NCBI GenBank assembly: GCA_964016885.1
Contig: OZ024744.1
Coordinates: 94,178,001-94,242,000 of the forward strand
Direction of reading: 5' to 3'
DNA: 64,000 nucleotides
DNA from: Eledone cirrhosa
Lineage: Eukaryota
Made by a program: the position numbers and the translations under genes. Positions 12,559-23,051 of this stretch are shown piece after piece (within the stretch, counting starts at the first letter, position 1; every line of letters begins with the position of its first letter). Under the pieces are notes generated by a model, which saw only the letters and a list, made by a program, of their open reading frames with translations, searched no databases and had not been told where the DNA came from.

Positions 12559-12905
12559 GGAGGCACATGGCTTAGTGGTTAGAGCATTGGCCTTGCAATC
12601 GAAAGGTTGTGAGTTCAATTCTCAGACCAGGTGATGTGTTGTTTCCTTGAGCAAGACACTTTATTTCACATTGCTCCAGTTTACTCAGCTGTAGAAATGA
12701 GATGATAGGGACTGGAGTCCATATCATTCCACTGCAAAGTGGTCGTGGAGGTGCCACGGCAAAAAAGCACCCAGCACTCACTGTAAATGAGGTTGGTGTT
12801 AGGAAGGGCATCCAGCTGTAGAAATCAAGCCAGAATCAGTTCCCGTCCCACCCTTGCAAGCAGGGAAAAGCAGACGTAAAATGAAATGAAATGAAATGAA
12901 TGAAT
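12559..12905 (+). mobile_element. tRNA-derived SINE family B with RTE-like 3' tail
   Basis: tggcttagtggttagagc A box, gagttcaattc B box, ccttgagcaagacacttt core, and tail ggtgttaggaagggcatccagctgtagaaa shared with the RTE 3' UTR; other copies at 34926-35222, 50710-51080 and 55835-56113. Confidence 0.8.
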
Positions 12906-12926
12906 ATATATATATATATATATATA

Positions 12927-15926
12927 CACTTGATCACCTATAGATCGGGGGAACACACAAGCCAGGTAGATTATATCCTTACCAGAAGACGTGACAGAGT
13001 GTCTATTGTTAACACTAAATCCCTCCCCCATTAAGAATGCACCTCCCAACATAGACTGATAATTAGCGACCTCATAGTCAGGACAAGACGTACTAGACAG
13101 CAGAAGAGGACTATCCTCAGGAGAAAAATATGGAAGCTAAAGGACCCCATAGCCAGAAATAAATTTCAAAGCATATTACTTGATGCTTTCGACAGTAAGG
13201 AAGAGCAATTAGAGTCGTATAATATAGAGGAACAGTGGGAATTCCTGAAAGCAAACCTACAGACGAAGTCTGTGGCTGGAGCAGGCCTGTAGGTAGGAGG
13301 AGAGTAACATGGTGGTGGAACAGTAAGGTGGAGGAGTCAATTAAGGCCAAAAAGCAGGCTTGGAAAGTATGGCGGGATGGGGGAAGTAGAGAAGACTATC
13401 AAGTGGCCAGGAGGGAAGCTAGGAGACAAGCATGTTCTACAACGTGAGGACCAAAAACGTGAGGTGTTCAGGATTGTTAGGCAATGTGTCAAGGAAAACC
13501 GTGATATTGTCGGGGAGAAGTGTGTACTTAATGATGATGGCATACTTGCCATCACTGACGCTGATAAGAAGGTAGCTTGGAAGTGTCACTACGAAAGGCT
13601 TCTAAATGAGGAGAACAAATGGGAGAAAGACAGTCTCCCCCACATCGACCCAATAGAGGGACCAGCAGTGTTAGTCGAAGGTAGTATAATAAGTAAGGCA
13701 ATCAAAGATATGAAGACGGGTAAGGCGGCTGGGCCTTCGGAAATAGTTGCTGAGATGCTGAAAGCCTCTGGAACGGTGGGACACACCATGGTCACCCGGA
13801 TAGTAAACCAAGTCATACAGAATGGGGTTGTTCCAAAGGACTGGCATAGCAGTATCATCATTAACTGTTACAAGGGTAAAGGAGATGCCCTAGATAGGTG
13901 TAACTATAGAGGCATTAAATTAATCGACCAGGTCATGAAGGTCACGGAAAAAGTAATAGCGCAACTAATCAGAGAGAGAATTGATCTAGATGAAATGCAG
14001 TTCGGGTTTGTGTCAGGCAAAAGTACCACAGATGCTCTTTTCATTGTACGACAACTCCAGGAGAAGTACAACTCCAGAGAAGTAAACCCCTATACTTAGC
14101 TTTTGTTGACTTGGAGAAAGCCTTCGACAGAGTCCCCCATTCCATTATCTGGTGGGCTCTTAGAAAACTAGGTATTGATGAATGGCTTGTGATAGCTATA
14201 CAAGCCATGTATAAAGAAACAGTCAGCAAGGTTAGAATTAACAACGAATATAGTGAAGAGTTTAGCGTAAAAGTTGGTGTCCATCAGGGCTCTGTTCTTA
14301 GCCCCCTACTATTTATTATTGCCCTTCAGGCTATAACAGAGGAGTTCAAGACCGGCTGCCCATGGGAACTCCTATACGCAGATGATCTAACGCTCATAGC
14401 TGAATCAATGACCGAACTAGAGAAGAAATTCCAAACATGGAATCAAAAGGCCTTAAAATTAACCTGGCTAAGACTAAAGTTCTAGTTTGTAGGAAAGAAA
14501 ATAAGGCGGCGGTCCCTTCCGGGAAATGGCCATGCTCAGTGTGTAGAAAAGGCGTAGGTAGAAACTCCATTTTATGTCCCAAATGCAAAGTATGGGTGCA
14601 TAAAAGATGTAGTGGGATCACAGGTAAGCTAACTAAGAACATAGATTTTACATGTGGCCGGTGCTCTGGTGCAATAAGTAGCAGCAAGTGCCCACAAAAT
14701 ACTAGCTCTTTCAATTGCGCAGAGGGTTCCATAGAAATAGTGGACAGCTTCCGTTACCTGGGTGACAAAATCAGCAGTGGGAGAGGGTGCTCTGAAAGTA
14801 CAGTAGCTAGAGTCAGAACTGGATGGAAAAAGTTCAGAGAGCTTATACCACTATTAGCCGCTAAAGTGTTCTCCCTAAAAATGAAAGGCAGGTTATATGA
14901 TGCCTGCATACGAACAGCAATGCTGCATGGCAGTGAGACCTGGGCATTGTGTGCAGAGGATATACGCAGACTAGAGAGGAACGAAGATTGCATGCTCCGC
15001 TGGATGTGTAATAGTAATATACGTGAACGGCTAAACATAAACGAACTAAGGAAAAAATTAGAAATAAGAGGGATCAGATGTTGTTTACTCGAGAGAAGGC
15101 TACGTTGGTATGGTCACGTGATGCGCATGAAAGACGACAGCTGTATAACAAAGTGCAGGGCAATAAAGATAGACGGTAGCCACAGAGTAGGCAGACCCAG
15201 AAAAACCTGGGACGACATGATAAATTCCGACCTCACACGCTTACACCTCTCCAAGACAATGTCACTGGACCGAGACCTTTGGCGGTACTCAGTAATAGAG
15301 AAGACCCGCCTTACCTAAATACAAAGTAAAACCTACTACAGTCAGTAGGCATCTCTAACAAAACACACCCCCGTCCCACCACCCCCAGCCCCATCCACAC
15401 CGCCCCTTTCAATGTAAAGTTATGTTGGTGCCACAACATCCAGGCCGAAACAAATGAGATCGTGTAGGTGTCACGACAAAAAACACACAGTCCACGCTGT
15501 AATGTGGCCGTGTAGGCAACACGGTAAAAACCTCCCAGTCCCACACTATGTGGTTGGTGTTAGGAAGGGCATCCAGCTGTAGAAAACCCGCCAGACAGTC
15601 CACGCTGTAATGTGGCCATGTAGGCAACATGGTAAAAACCTCCCAGCCCCACACTGTAAATGTGGTTGGTGTTAGGAAGGGCATCCAGCTGTAGAAAACC
15701 CGCCAGACAGTCCACGCTGTAATGTGGCCGTGTAGGCAACACGGTAAAAACCTCCCAGCCCCACACTGTAAATGTGGTTGGTGTTAGGAAGGGCATCCAG
15801 CTGTAGAAAACCCGCCAGACAGTCCTATGCGAGCAAGACAATCACTCTTGCCTCAAGTCGGAAAACCCCCGTCCAAACCCATGCAAGCGTGGAACACGGA
15901 CGTTAAACGTTGATGATGATGATGAT
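12927..15926 (+). mobile_element. RTE-clade LINE, 5'-truncated in the APE domain, frameshifted; RT plus PHD-like finger, 3' UTR, (GAT)n tail
   Basis: TYRSGEHTSQVDYIL (APE end), KAAGP, YKGKGD..NYRGI, QFGF..GKSTTDA, DLEKAFDRV, VHQGSVLSPLLF, YADD (~14375), C4HC3 finger at 14533-14664, RWYGHVMR; ORF broken into at least 4 pieces. Confidence 0.95.
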
Positions 15927-16455
15927 ACACACATGCATATATACATTGCCTTCAAACTACTCAAATGGGTTGATGAAGGGATGGTAACAGCTGGCATGCC
16001 TGACCTATACCAACATGTAGAAATGGGAAGGATGAGTGGAGGGGGGGGGGGGACATTTCTTAGAAGATGTTAAGTAAATCCACAAAATCAAACCACCTAT
16101 CCCTGTTTTGTTTTGTTTTGTTTTTTGTGTCTGTTAGCTTTTTCTTTTTTTAACAATTTTAAGCAGTATAGAAATAAAAATAAATTGATGAAATAACTTA
16201 TAAATGTTTATAAATAAAAACCGAAATGAAGCTAAGGCGAAAACATGAAAAGTGGTATTTTTTAGGTGAAAGATAAAACCTATCAATGAGGTGCATGTCT
16301 GTACAAGAGTTTCGGTCTGTACAAAATTTATCGCAAGAAATAATACAAGTAGGAAACAAGAGACAAAAAAAAAATGGAGCATCTATGTGGTTGCTCGACC
16401 TACTAGAAATAATAGCTGAATATTTCTCAAATCATACGCTGCTTATTTTATTTAA

Positions 16456-16661
16456 CCCTTTAGCATTTAAATTGGCCATATCCGGCCAGAATTCTCTCAC
16501 CTCTTTCTGTTCAAAACCGGCTATGACCAGCTGCTTATACTGATGTTAAGCTATTGTTCTCAAAATAAATAATATCAAAATCTCATAGATTCAATATGTA
16601 CGGTAAAATGTTTACCATGAAAATATAATAATATATATAGAGTAATGTAAATGTTAAAGGG
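16456..16661. mobile_element. piggyBac-type MITE
   Basis: TTAA|CCCTTTAGCATTTA...TAAATGTTAAAGGG|TTAA. Confidence 0.85.
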
Positions 16662-17777
16662 TTAAATAAAGAACATGTTGAATAACATAATTCAAGATAA
16701 CTCAAAAAAGGCTGTTTTGATCGGGATAATAACCAAATAGTAATGTACTAGAAATCCTCTACACCAGGGCTTCTCAAAATAGCCTATGTAGACAGACTCC
16801 TAGGGAGAAGGGCAGGTGAGTAAAAGCTTAGGGGTCCACAGGGGTTTGAATTAACTAGTTTGCATTTATCAATGCCTTTTCACTGTTTTTCAAATTTTGC
16901 CCCTATTCTCTCTTTTACTCATTCTCACTCTTTATCTCTATAATTATATAATTTCCTACCCAATTTGTCATGACTTACCACTTCTATACAGAAGTTTAAA
17001 TTTATTAAAGCCATATTTCCCATTAAAAATAATAATTCAGGCATTAAAGGTGTGGTTGCACTTACAATTTACTTATCCTATTCTCATGTAAGTTGTATTA
17101 GAGATTGGTAAATTAGTTAGTTGTGTTTTTATAATAAAAGGTCTTCCATCGACTCTTATGATATGAGGCCGATTGTCGCACTTGGTGGTGAATTGATGGT
17201 CTTTTACTCGTTTTTGCTTCCCCTTTTTTTTCTTTTTTTCTCACTCTGGTCATGTTTTGGTGTGTTGTTTTTGTGAGGTTCCTGGTGATGGTTGGTTGTA
17301 TTCGTTATGTGTTTGTATTATTGCTTATCAACATTATATTTTAATGGGATCGATAAAATAAAGAACCAGTAATCATCATCATCATTTTACGTCCGCTTTT
17401 CCCTGCTTGCAAGGGTGGGACGGGTCTTATTCAGCACAGCATCTCTCCACTCGTCACGGTCCTTCGTCATCTCCACCGTGAGCTTCAATGATCTGAGGTC
17501 TGTCTCACCACCTCCGCCATGTGCTGAGTAATTTCTGGCCTTGTGCCAAAAGTAGAAACAATTATATTTGTAATGTTATTATATAAAATAGTTAACTAAC
17601 TGATAATTGTATCATGTAAGTTGTATTAAAAACACTGGTAAATTGTTGGAGACGGTTGCTTCTGACAAGACCTGCTGAAAGGAGTGTGTGAGGATTGCCA
17701 CCACCTTTCAGGAATAAGAGGGCGAAGACGACGATACATAATTTATAGATTATTTTTTTCTCGCTTTTATAATTTTA

Positions 17778-18390
17778 CTAGCAGTGGTACCCGGCGTTGC
17801 ATGAGATAAGGTATTTTGGAACGTGGGCCGCCAACAGACTTAATCGTGGAAAAACTGCATGCCTGGACAATATGTAAAGAAAATAAACCGAATACTCGGA
17901 TGGCTGGATAGTCTTTAAGATTTTCCTCGATAAAGCAGGAAAAATGCATGTTTTCACCTAATGCGGGCCCTAGGGGATCAAGAAAATGAATTTTTTTATG
18001 TGCATAATATGCCTTGAAATTTCGGGAAAATTGGCTAGACGAAAAAAGCCCTAAAATGATGGAAATTGAAGTTTTTCACCTAATGCGGGTCCTAGGTCAT
18101 AAAAAAGTCGGATTTTCTTTGCTCACGCTATGAAGAAGAGACTGACTAATACATAGTTACAATTTCAAGGAAATCGGTCTGACGTAACGCCTCAAAAAAC
18201 CCCCAAAAAGCTGAAAAAACGCAATTTTTTGCCTAATTCTAGGGGATCAAAAAGTTGAATTCTTTTATGTGCAAAACACTCCCTAAAACATAAGTAATAC
18301 ACATGTAAAGTTTGAAAAAGATCGGTTGGGTACTTCTCGAGTTTTGGGGATTCAAACTCACAGACACAGACAGTTTTATATATTTATAGA
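17778..18390 (-). mobile_element. Non-autonomous Helitron
   Basis: Minus strand starts A|TCTATAAATAT and ends CTAG|T with a degenerate subterminal GC hairpin; no TSD; termini shared with 25602-26190. Confidence 0.75.
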
Positions 18391-18600
18391 TATTTGATAA
18401 ATTTGTTTGGTAGTGGTGGTAGTGAATAGAAATTGTTTTATTATTATCAGGGAGGGGGGGGGGGGTCAATAAAATAAAACAAGTTTGAGAGGTTTTGTTC
18501 TACATAGTCGCTCGCCCTGCTAGAAACAACAGCCAAATCGACTATATATTATATATTACACACTATAATCAACAAAAAAAAAAAGAGGAAAGTCACCCGT

Positions 18601-18651
18601 AATGGTCATGATTAGAATGCCTTTTTATCAGGCATTCTAATCATGACCATT
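18601..18651. repeat. Perfect 22-bp-arm hairpin
   Basis: aatggtcatgattagaatgcct-(7 nt)-aggcattctaatcatgaccatt. Confidence 0.9.
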
Positions 18652-18726
18652 TATTTGGAGGGCTGCTCAATTAGAACTGAATCAGGGTTAAATAACAACT
18701 ATTAAATGAATTTCAAATTTTATTAT

Positions 18727-18829
18727 ATAAATAATAAAAATATTTACACGCACAAAACCCACATCGTACAGTCCTGTGCCGTCTGTAATGTTTTTCTTGA
18801 TGTCAGCCCTTGTGGCCAATAAAGAAATC
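18727..18829 (+). mobile_element. Tx1/L1 3'-tail-only insertion with 26-bp TSD
   Basis: Ends cccttgtggccaataaagaaa like the 19900 and 46200 copies; flanked by attaaatgaatttcaaattttattat on both sides. Confidence 0.65.
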
Positions 18830-18859
18830 ATTAAATGAATTTCAAATTTTATTATTATT

Positions 18860-19903
18860 ATCTCCACCTCTTCCTCGACGGTGATCAGGTGTGGTCGCCG
18901 TTTGCTAGACACGTCTTTCCCCAGCTCGTCTCCTTGACGGAGCTGCAGTCCTGGGTCAAGCGAAGACCGAGAGGGACCGCTTGCAGACTGGAATGTCTTC
19001 AGGCGCTCACAGCCCTCGACCAATCGGGCAATGTGATCGGTGGAAACTCTACCTTGGCGTTCTATAGAGGATTAATGCAGGGGAAGAGTGACGACGTACT
19101 TGGAGAAACTCTAGGCGTCGACGAAAATCAACTAGCCAATCTCTTCGGAAGGACTTTCGGGCCGGGGCCTATGGACAACTTCCAGAAATCCCTGGCCCAG
19201 CACTGCTACCGAGGAGCTTTGCCAGTTCGGGATAAACTCTACAGGCATGGAGGTGCTGTCAACCGGGCATGTCCGAGATGCGCGCAGGGCGACAAAACCG
19301 TCCTGCACGCACTCGTCCAGTGTCCGAGCATTGCTGACTTGTGGGTTTATGTCGAACACCTGCTGTCACGTGTAGGACGGATCCAGCTATCAGCTGAGTC
19401 CATCGTGAGGATTGCCCCGCCCTCTTCCTTTAGCCGGGAAGAGCAGGCAATTTTTATCTGTCTGGTGGCCATGGCGAAAGAGATAGTATGGTGGACACGT
19501 TTGAAAGGGCTGAAGACGAGCACTTACCTCTTCATTTGAAAAGGAAAATCAGGGTAGAGAGGGAAGTGCTCTCTTCCCAGCATTTTGTTGAAAGATGGGT
19601 GAGAGAAGCAAGTATGGCCCAAGTGAATGGGCCTACTCTGAGTATGTGTCTTTAAATTAAAGGTGGAAAACTGAGAGAGGGCACTTGCCCTGGTGGTCAG
19701 GGTCACTGTGGCCTTTTAATGGGCTTTCTCCACAAATGTCCTTCGGAAGTCTCCCTCCTATTGGGGAATTTTTCATTGTTATTTTTATTACATCCTGTTT
19801 TCTGTTTTTTTTACACGCAGAAATGCCCATTTGTACCGTCCTGTATTGTCCTGTACTGTCCTTAATGTCTACTTTATATAAACCCTTGTGGTTAATAAAG
19901 AAA
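18860..19903 (+). mobile_element. Tx1/L1-clade LINE 3' fragment (zf-RVT CCHC domain)
   Basis: RGALPVRDKL..CPRC..TVLHALVQC zinc knuckle, AKEIVWWTR; 3' end aataaagaaa. Confidence 0.85.
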
Positions 19904-19927
19904 GCATCATTATGTAAAATATTATTA

Positions 19928-20117
19928 GGTGGTGGATTGGCAGTATTGGTAGAGGGTCGGACGCCATGCTTTGACGCATAGAGTTACGGCCCTTGCCATT
20001 CTGAGTTCAAATCCCGCCGAGGTTAACTTTGCCTTTCATCCTTACGGGGTCGATAAAATAAAGTACCAGTAATACACTGGGTATTTGCTGGCCTTGTGCC
20101 TAACGTAGAAACAATTG
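19928..20117 (+). mobile_element. Full-length SINE family A copy with 15-bp TSD
   Basis: Flanked on both sides by tgtaaaatattatta. Confidence 0.9.
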
Positions 20118-21050
20118 TGTAAAATATTATTATTATTATTACTATTATTATTATTATTATTATTATGTAAATAAAATTGTTATGTCGAGAAGAAATAACT
20201 CGTCTTTTTTTTTGGGGGGGGGGGGGCCCAGAAAAGAACCGACAAAGCAAACTAACATGACGCCTATCCCGCATATGTCGCAAAAAAAACCAATATATTT
20301 GTCAATTTCAAAGCACTGACATTTAAAGATGAAATCGAAACTATTAATTTAACAATAAATAAATAAATAAATAAATAAAGAGATTGCACAATAATTTAAA
20401 ATCACAGAAATTAACAAAGCCAATGTATATAAAACAATTTATAATAAAATAGTCAAATCATTTAGAAACGTTTCTTCAACTATTAATAATAAGTGTTTCT
20501 ATTTTAGGCACAAGGCCAGCAATAACCCAGTACATTACTGGTACTTTATTTTATCGACCCCGTAAGGAGGATGAAAGGCAAAGTTAACCTCGGCCGGATT
20601 TGAATTCAGATCGTAAAGGGACGTAACTATGCTGGAAAGCATAATAATAATATCAAGTCTTTACTTTAAATATATTTTCTAAAAATAATCTTACAAACTA
20701 TAGGAAAGTTAGTTTTTTTATGATACTTAATTATTTTATTAGTAATATTATTGTTGTTGTTACATTCAAAATAGTGACACAAACAAGAATGAAATATTTT
20801 TGAAACAATCTAATACAGCACAGCACATCCTATGCTTTCTTTTTATATATATATATATATATATATATAATTACGCATCCTATGCTTTCTTTCTTTATAT
20901 ATATATATATAAGCAGAAGGGATATTCAATTTGTTGTTGGTAGTTCAACAAATATATATATTTATAACTGATTCAAAGCACTCGACAATTTTCTGGAGTA
21001 TAATATCAATGATATTAAATAAATGGAAACTATATTTATAAAACCATATT

Positions 21051-21111
21051 TATTCTATTACATATATTTCAAGGGTACCAACATTTTGGTACGCTATCGT
21101 CAGATAAAATA
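21051..21111 (-). ncRNA. Type I hammerhead ribozyme motif (left arm)
   Basis: Reverse complement: tattttat CTGACGA tagcgtaccaa-aatg-ttggtaccctt GAAA tatatg TA atagaata; GUA triplet; first stem II pair is mismatched. Confidence 0.65.
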
Positions 21112-21242
21112 CGAAGTGTGTTTTCTAAATTTTGACATAACCAAGGAGAATATACCTTAACGGTTCAAGTTTTTCCTCAGGAATAACTTGAACCGTTAAG
21201 ATCTCCTTCCTGGATATGTCAATATTTATAAAACAAACTTTG

Positions 21243-21303
21243 TATTTTATCTGATGAGAGCGTATCAAAGTTTTGGTACCCTTGAAATATATATAATAGA
21301 ATA
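21243..21303 (+). ncRNA. Type I hammerhead ribozyme motif (right arm)
   Basis: tattttat CTGATGA gagcgtatcaa-agtt-ttggtaccctt GAAA tatata TA atagaata; stems I and II pair; palindromic stem III. Confidence 0.7.
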
Positions 21304-21439
21304 AATATGGTTTTATAAATATAGTTTCCATTTATTAATATCATTGATATTATACTCCAGAAAACTTGTCGAGTGCTTCAAACCAGTTATAAACATTTAT
21401 ATTTGTTGAATTACCAACAAATTAAATATCCCTTTTGCT

Positions 21440-21465
21440 CATATATATATATGTATGTATATATA

Positions 21466-21520
<55 letters not shown>

Positions 21521-21585
21521 GCACACACACACATATATATATATATATATACATACCCACACACATATACGTACATATATATATA

Positions 21586-21663
<78 letters not shown>

Positions 21664-21795
21664 TATATATATATACATACCCACACACACATATGTATCT
21701 ATCTATCTATATATGTTAAGTATTTTCGTATATTTATATATATATGCATGTGTTTGTGTATATATATGTGTGTGTGCGTCTGTGTGTTAATATAG
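21440..21795. repeat. Compound (TA)n/(CA)n/(TG)n microsatellite
   Basis: Directly visible; source of spurious YIYI ORFs. Confidence 0.95.
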
Positions 21796-22928
21796 TCAGA
21801 CACACTTAGACACCACCAAGAACAATATAGTGATACATAGATACACACACACATTCACTCACATGTCCTCCCTTTTTCTACTTCCTAATCTATCTACTTG
21901 TACTCTCCTGGCGAAGGACTAACGTCCGATACGTTGAACCTCTTCGTTGTAGTACACCTGAGCACCGATAAAATAAAGTACCAGTAATGCACTAGGATAA
22001 TTGCTGTCCTGGTGCTAAAAGTAGAAACAATTATTTTCTCTCTTTCATCCAAACTGTGAACCTCATAATACTAATTGTTTTTGTTTGTTTTGTATCTCAA
22101 ACATGAATGAATGTATTTTTATTATGTGTGTGAGAGAGAGAGAGAGAGTCCCGGGTTCAATCGGAGGTAACCACAGTAAGTAAGGTACTCAATACATTAA
22201 TAGAATGTAAGCATCAAGTTTGATATAGAAATGAACTTCGTTGATGATTTCTTTCTAATGAAACAGTTCTAGTCCTATAGAAGCCATTTCTATATTAAAC
22301 TTGATATATATATATATATATGTGTGTGTGTGTCTTTAACCATTAGTCAATCGTGTTATTGTTATTATTTAGCCTAGGGTCAACATTGTTCTCAAGCAGA
22401 CGACCTATAACCAAAAGTATTTTTGTATATTTATGACTAGATTACAAGAATCGTCATTTCTTCTTTCTCTCCCTTTCTTTTTAAAGACAGCATGGTAGGC
22501 ATTCTTTTTTTTTTCTAGACTCTCTATATACCTAGAACGACATTATGCAATGTGTTATTCCCTTTTTGTTTTAATTTTCTTTGTTTGTTAGATAATGTTG
22601 TTTTTTTAAGACAATAGGATATGATTTGAGCTCTATATTTGGCTGTTATTTCTAGCAGGCCGAGCAACTGCATAAAAAGCTTCATTCGTTAATAATTCCA
22701 AATCAACCTGTTCCACTCACCACTCCCGGTTTGAAAAGCATTCGTATTCTACACACCTCCACTTAGTTACGGACAACAAACCAGAAATACAGTCTGTTTA
22801 TTGTGTGCTTTGCAGATCTAACATGATTTAACCCTTTCATTACTCATGAAGCCCTCGTGTTCTTCGAAAAAAATAAATAAATAAAATTAATCATATAAAT
22901 ATAAATACTGTTTAAATATTATCCTTAC

Positions 22929-23051
22929 CCTAGAAGTTTCCGATTTCAAAAACTGGAAGTCTTCGGCATAAATTGCCTGTAAAGCTTTCACTTCGTCCAG
23001 TTGTTTTTCCAAATTACCTTCTTCATCGTTAATTGTATTAGGCATTTTCAT
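22929..23051 (-). CDS. First coding exon of an RWD-domain protein (IMPACT/RWDD/GCN2-like N-terminus)
   Basis: MKMPNTINDEEGNLEKQLDEVKALQAIYAEDFQFLKSETSR matches the RWD helix-1 pattern Q..E..AL..IY; followed by a phase-0 donor AGG|GTAAGG; unique sequence. Confidence 0.7.

Larger units (their letters stand above)
20912..21439. mobile_element. ~530-bp fold-back element bearing two outward-facing hammerhead motifs, flanked by (TA)n
   Basis: Arms mirror around 21178 (cttaacggttcaagtt..ttcct-c-aggaa..aacttgaaccgttaag) out to agcagaaggg/cccttttgct. Confidence 0.85.

Noticed and set aside
12559-12640. tRNA gene
   Set aside because: A and B boxes run straight into a repeated SINE body, with no complete cloverleaf or terminator; the same holds for the SINE A heads.
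16134-16382. Second exon of the RWD gene
   Set aside because: An acceptor-like AG exists, but the peptide lacks RWD features such as YP, is compositionally AT-biased and has a poor donor.
21373-21795. Long YIYI/VCVC ORFs here and at 4507-4962, 12107-12634 and 61448-61957
   Set aside because: They are translations of stop-free dinucleotide microsatellites.
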